Shown here piece after piece: positions 6,702 through 10,151 of a stretch of 10,151 nucleotides of DNA. Source of the stretch: Bdellovibrionales bacterium (GTDB taxonomy: Bacteria > Bdellovibrionota > Bdellovibrionia > Bdellovibrionales > UBA840). The notes beneath the pieces are model-generated. The model saw only the letters and a list, made by a program, of their open reading frames with translations, did not search any database and was not told the origin of the DNA. Location: NCBI GenBank assembly GCA_037969075.1, contig JBBKWS010000130.1, positions 1 through 10,151 of the forward strand. Direction: 5' to 3'. Position 1 is the stretch's first letter. Each line of letters starts with the position of its first letter. The position numbers and the translations under genes are program-made.

Positions 6702-8650
6702 TCTAAAGTAATGATTTTTCCGTCTTTTACGGTCAATGCAGTTACGGGTTTTAAAATTTCTCTGTCCTTAGACATACTTAGGGTTCCTGATACACCTGGG
6801 AAGTTCGAAACATCCTTAAGGGCTGATTGAAGCGAAGAGCGGCTCTTGGCTCCTCGTTCTATAAGTGATCTAAGGATTTTAGCGGCTTCGTACGACTGGG
6901 TAACAATAGGGTCAGGCTTGTCGCCAAATATTTTTTGGTATGACTCTTCAAATTTTTGTTTTTCTACAGAGCTTTCAGATGCGGTATAGGTATCCACAAA
7001 AATTGTATACTGGCCATATTTACCAACGCGACCAAGAAATGAAGATGTGTTCCATAAGTTAGTACCAAGCATCGTCATACCCTTTACGTCATTAAACTCA
7101 AGCATAGGAGCAATTTGTCCAAGTGCCTTGGTATTATCAGGAATAAATAAGGCATCGAAATCTACAACAGGTGGAAGTAAATCATCGGGGCTGTTTCGGG
7201 CATTTTTATTTTTTTCTTTCCACTGTTTCAAATGCAAATTGTACTCGTCTCGACGATCCTCTATATAATATGACCCAACTAAGCGCTGAATAACGGTACG
7301 AAAGTCAGTTTCGCCAGATGTATACGGTTGTGCGGCAGTTACTTGACCACCTTTAGATAAAACCTCATCCCAAAATATATTAGCAAATTCAATTCCGTAC
7401 GGATCATTTGGGTAGACGATAGCAAATCGTGTTAACTTTAGTTTGTTCATCGCTACATCGACTAATTTTTCAATTTGCATTTTACTTGTTAGGGCATGTC
7501 TAAAAACAGTAGGCCCAACATCTGAAACACCAGCTCTTTGGGATAAAGCCATACTTGGGACACCCAAGTCGTTTGCCTTATCGGCCACATCAAGCGCATT
7601 CTTACTTAAAATACTGCCTACAAGAGCAATGATATTATCTTCGACCACCAATCTCTCCACAGCAGTTTTCCCGCCGTCGTTACTAGACTCTGAGTCGATC
7701 ACAGATAATGTAAAATCAGATCGGTCCTTATCGTAAATTCCAAATCCAAGCTGAAGACCGCGAAGTGACCTTTCTCCAATAGGCGAAAGCTTACCCGTTA
7801 GTGGTAGAACTGCACCCACAGTGTACGAGTCAGTTTTTGATCTAGCATCAATTTGCGCTAAAATTTGAGAGGCAAGATCAGCGTACTTAGAATTTGGCTC
7901 TACGCTTTTAGAACTTTCAAGGTAACTGGAGGCACGCGAAAACTCTTTTTGGTCAAAAAACATTTTACCTAAATTATAAAAGGCAGCGGCACGAACAAAT
8001 TCAAATTCGCGACTACCCACAATTTGCATAAGCTCGTCCGCGCTAAGGTTGGTATTTACCAGATCTAGAGCGCGCATTTTATAGGCCTCTTGCGAGCTTA
8101 CAGATTCTGAAATTTTACTGAGCTGGATTAATGCTAATAGTATTGGGATGTTTCTTTGTTTGTAAGAGTATGTATCAATAGCGAGTAAATAAGCTTTACT
8201 TAAAACCTCTTTGGGCACATTGGCAGACTTTATAATGGATTCGGTATATCCAAGAGCCTCTTCGTACTGTTCTTTTTGATGTAGAGATTCAGCGATTTTT
8301 AATCTAGCGTGAAACTCTTTAGCACTAAAATAAGGTGATTGCACAACACTTAGGTAGGCAGCATAAGCCTTATTAGGTTCTTGTAAGTCTTCGTAGATTT
8401 TACCACTTAAGTAAAGCGCTTCACCAGCTAACGTAGAGTCGGGTTGTGTGCGGACTAACTGCGAAAGGTTTTGCAGGGCATTTTGATAATTCTTTTTGGC
8501 ATAAAGTGACAGTGCGGTCTTATATAAAGTTTCAGATTGTGGGCTTGCAGGTTGCGGTTCAGATTTTTTTACACGAGATGTAGAAACCGGCGAGGTTGTA
8601 CAAGAGACAAATATGAATATCGATAAAAACAATATGCTTAAGTATTTCAA
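6698..8650 (-). CDS. LpoA/LppC-like lipoprotein (penicillin-binding protein activator family): TPR repeats plus type I periplasmic-binding-fold domain, 650 aa
   Basis: Lipobox-like FVS-C17. TPR-like helical repeats ([23 protein letters not shown]). C-domain motifs [28 protein letters not shown] and [10 protein letters not shown]. The TTG start overlaps the dnaJ TGA, with GGGAG 8 nt upstream. Confidence 0.85.
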   Translation of the reverse strand: MKYLSILFLSIFIFVSCTTSPVSTSRVKKSEPQPASPQSETLYKTALSLYAKKNYQNALQNLSQLVRTQPDSTLAGEALYLSGKIYEDLQEPNKAYAAYLSVVQSPYFSAKEFHARLKIAESLHQKEQYEEALGYTESIIKSANVPKEVLSKAYLLAIDTYSYKQRNIPILLALIQLSKISESVSSQEAYKMRALDLVNTNLSADELMQIVGSREFEFVRAAAFYNLGKMFFDQKEFSRASSYLESSKSVEPNSKYADLASQILAQIDARSKTDSYTVGAVLPLTGKLSPIGERSLRGLQLGFGIYDKDRSDFTLSVIDSESSNDGGKTAVERLVVEDNIIALVGSILSKNALDVADKANDLGVPSMALSQRAGVSDVGPTVFRHALTSKMQIEKLVDVAMNKLKLTRFAIVYPNDPYGIEFANIFWDEVLSKGGQVTAAQPYTSGETDFRTVIQRLVGSYYIEDRRDEYNLHLKQWKEKNKNARNSPDDLLPPVVDFDALFIPDNTKALGQIAPMLEFNDVKGMTMLGTNLWNTSSFLGRVGKYGQYTIFVDTYTASESSVEKQKFEESYQKIFGDKPDPIVTQSYEAAKILRSLIERGAKSRSSLQSALKDVSNFPGVSGTLSMSKDREILKPVTALTVKDGKIITLE

Positions 8651-9624
8651 GACTTCGTCTCCCGTTTTAAGTTTTCAAGAGTCTGAGTAAACTTTTCCTG
8701 CAAACCACCTTTTGGCAGTTCTTTTTCTAACTCTAACAATAAAGATTTTGCTTTGCTACCTACAGTTGGTGGCGCGTCAATCAGGACCTTAATATAGAGG
8801 TCGCCAGTCTGGGAACCGCTTACAGAGCTAAAACCCTTTCCTTTTAATCTTAAGTTCTTACCCGAAGGAGTGCCTGCCGGAATAGAAATTTGTGCGTTGC
8901 CAGTCAAAGTTGGGATACTAATAGTCGCTCCTAAAATGGCTTGTACGATAGATATAGGTAAATCGTAATAGACGTCGTTACCATTTCGTTTAAACAAGGG
9001 GTGTTCGCGAATAGAGACTACAACATATAAATCGCCAGCCTCTCCGCCATTTGTGCCGCTGTCACCTTCGTGGGCGAGTTTTAGACGTTGTCCGTCTTTT
9101 ACACCAGCAGGAATTGTAATTTCAAGTTTAGCAGAGTCTTCCTTGTTGCTACGTTTTCTGATAAAGCTAATGGTTTTTTTACAGCCCCTACCGGCCTCCT
9201 CAAAACCCACGTGAATGGTATATTTTAAATCAGAGCCCCTTTGCCGCCGAGGTTTACCACCCGCGAACATATCGCCAAACATTTCTTGAAACAGGTCTTG
9301 AAATGACTCGGCGGTGCGCTCTTGATAAAAATCATGGAAGCCATTGAAGTTTGGATCAACTCCGCTTCCGCGGAAGGGGTTACCTTTGGCGCCAGCAGCC
9401 CGTGGATCAGCGTGCCCGAACTGGTCATATAGTTTTCTTTTTTCAGGATCTCTTAATACGTCGTATGCCTCAGATACCTTTTTAAACATGTCTTCGGCAG
9501 ACTTGTCGCCAGGGTTTTTATCTGGATGAAACTTCATAGCAAGTTTTCGGTACGCTTTTTTTAAATCGTCCCCGGTTGCTGATTTAGAAACATCCAATAC
9601 CTTGTAATAATCTTCTTTGGCCAC
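8647..9624 (-). CDS. Class B (type II) J-domain co-chaperone, DnaJ/CbpA-like, without zinc finger, 325 aa
   Basis: J-domain DYYKVL...[19 protein letters not shown]-rich linker, DnaJ C-terminal domains ([24 protein letters not shown]), no CxxCxGxG repeats. GTG start, with an AGGA SD overlapping the grpE stop. Confidence 0.95.
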   Translation of the reverse strand: MAKEDYYKVLDVSKSATGDDLKKAYRKLAMKFHPDKNPGDKSAEDMFKKVSEAYDVLRDPEKRKLYDQFGHADPRAAGAKGNPFRGSGVDPNFNGFHDFYQERTAESFQDLFQEMFGDMFAGGKPRRQRGSDLKYTIHVGFEEAGRGCKKTISFIRKRSNKEDSAKLEITIPAGVKDGQRLKLAHEGDSGTNGGEAGDLYVVVSIREHPLFKRNGNDVYYDLPISIVQAILGATISIPTLTGNAQISIPAGTPSGKNLRLKGKGFSSVSGSQTGDLYIKVLIDAPPTVGSKAKSLLLELEKELPKGGLQEKFTQTLENLKRETKS

Positions 9625-9632
9625 GTATTATC

Positions 9633-10151
9633 CTAGTTATCTTTTTTTTCAGCAGCGATAATTACCTGAGCGGGGCGTAAGAGCCTGTCATGCAATTTGT
9701 AACCATCTTTAAATACTTTTGAAATATGACCGCTTTTTATCTCATCGGTTGGTTCTGTGCCAAGTGCCTCGTGCTGATTTGGATCAAACGCCTCTCCATG
9801 AGATTTTAATTTAACCACACCATACTTCTCTACGGTATTTTGCATTTCTTTTGAAATCATTCTTACACCGGCAACAAAGCTTTCAATGTTTTCTGAGGTG
9901 ATGTCATTTTGCAAGGCTAGATTAAAATTATCCATTACTTGTACAATGTCGCGCAAAAGATTTTCGTTGGCGTATTTCATTAGTTGCGAGCGCTCTTTAA
10001 TCGCCTGCTTTTTATAGTTATCGTATTCAGCTAAAAGATACAGGTGTTCTTTCTTTGCTTTTTCTACATCAGCAGTTAATTTTTCGATTTGCTCGGTTTG
10101 TTCTGTGGATTCGCTTATAGGCGAGTCGTTATTTTCTTCTGGCGCATCGGC
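9633..10151 (-). CDS. grpE: Nucleotide exchange factor GrpE, 5' end beyond the window
   Basis: The frame is open from 10151: ADAPEENNDSPISESTEQTEQIEKLTADVEKAKKEHLYLLAEYDNYKKQAIKERSQLMKYANE...GEAFDPNQHEA...GYKLHDRLLRPAQV, which includes the GrpE signature motifs. Confidence 0.97.
   Translation of the reverse strand, partial: ADAPEENNDSPISESTEQTEQIEKLTADVEKAKKEHLYLLAEYDNYKKQAIKERSQLMKYANENLLRDIVQVMDNFNLALQNDITSENIESFVAGVRMISKEMQNTVEKYGVVKLKSHGEAFDPNQHEALGTEPTDEIKSGHISKVFKDGYKLHDRLLRPAQVIIAAEKKDN

Noticed and set aside
6990..6998. Near-consensus DnaA box GTATCCACA (similar one, TGTGGAAAT, near 1108)
   Set aside because: Isolated, mismatched and inside coding sequence, as expected by chance.
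8319..8330. CIRCE half-site-like TTAGCACT
   Set aside because: It lies inside a CDS and has no matching GAGTGCTAA arm 9 nt away.
1955..9529. Plus-strand ORFs in the track (1955, 2575, 3776, 5198, 5957, 6173, 6240, 7047, 7443, 9344) and the minus-strand alternative-frame ORF 9225-9428
   Set aside because: All overlap well-supported genes, show no recognisable motifs, and have composition typical of antisense or shadow frames.
9633..9980. 115-aa ORF as a complete or truncated grpE
   Set aside because: The frame stays open to 10151 and includes the conserved AEYDNYKK segment, so the short call is a window-edge artefact, not a pseudogene.
1..10151. CRISPR array, tRNA or rRNA
   Set aside because: No regularly spaced direct repeats or RNA-gene signatures were seen, and the intergenic spacers are all under about 160 nt.

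Overview
AT-rich bacterial chromosomal window. Gene content and motif style suggest Bdellovibrionota (inference). All supported genes are on the minus strand. In transcription order (right to left): grpE (5'-truncated by the window edge), a zinc-finger-less class B DnaJ/CbpA-like co-chaperone, an LpoA/LppC-like TPR lipoprotein, a one-cysteine DksA/TraR protein, Lon protease, a secreted 787-aa protein (about 400-aa coiled coil plus a Cys-rich lytic-transglycosylase-like domain), its overlapping 178-aa secreted partner, and a HUH/Y1 (RAYT/IS200-like) tyrosine transposase gene that runs off the left edge and is missing from the ORF track. Non-coding signals: two perfect DnaA boxes 22 bp apart next to an AT-rich trinucleotide tract, sigma28-like promoters upstream of lon and of the (apparently leaderless) 787-aa gene, and hairpins at several gene ends. 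The best candidates for something new are the coiled-coil transglycosylase plus partner module and the DnaA-box/Y1-transposase locus.
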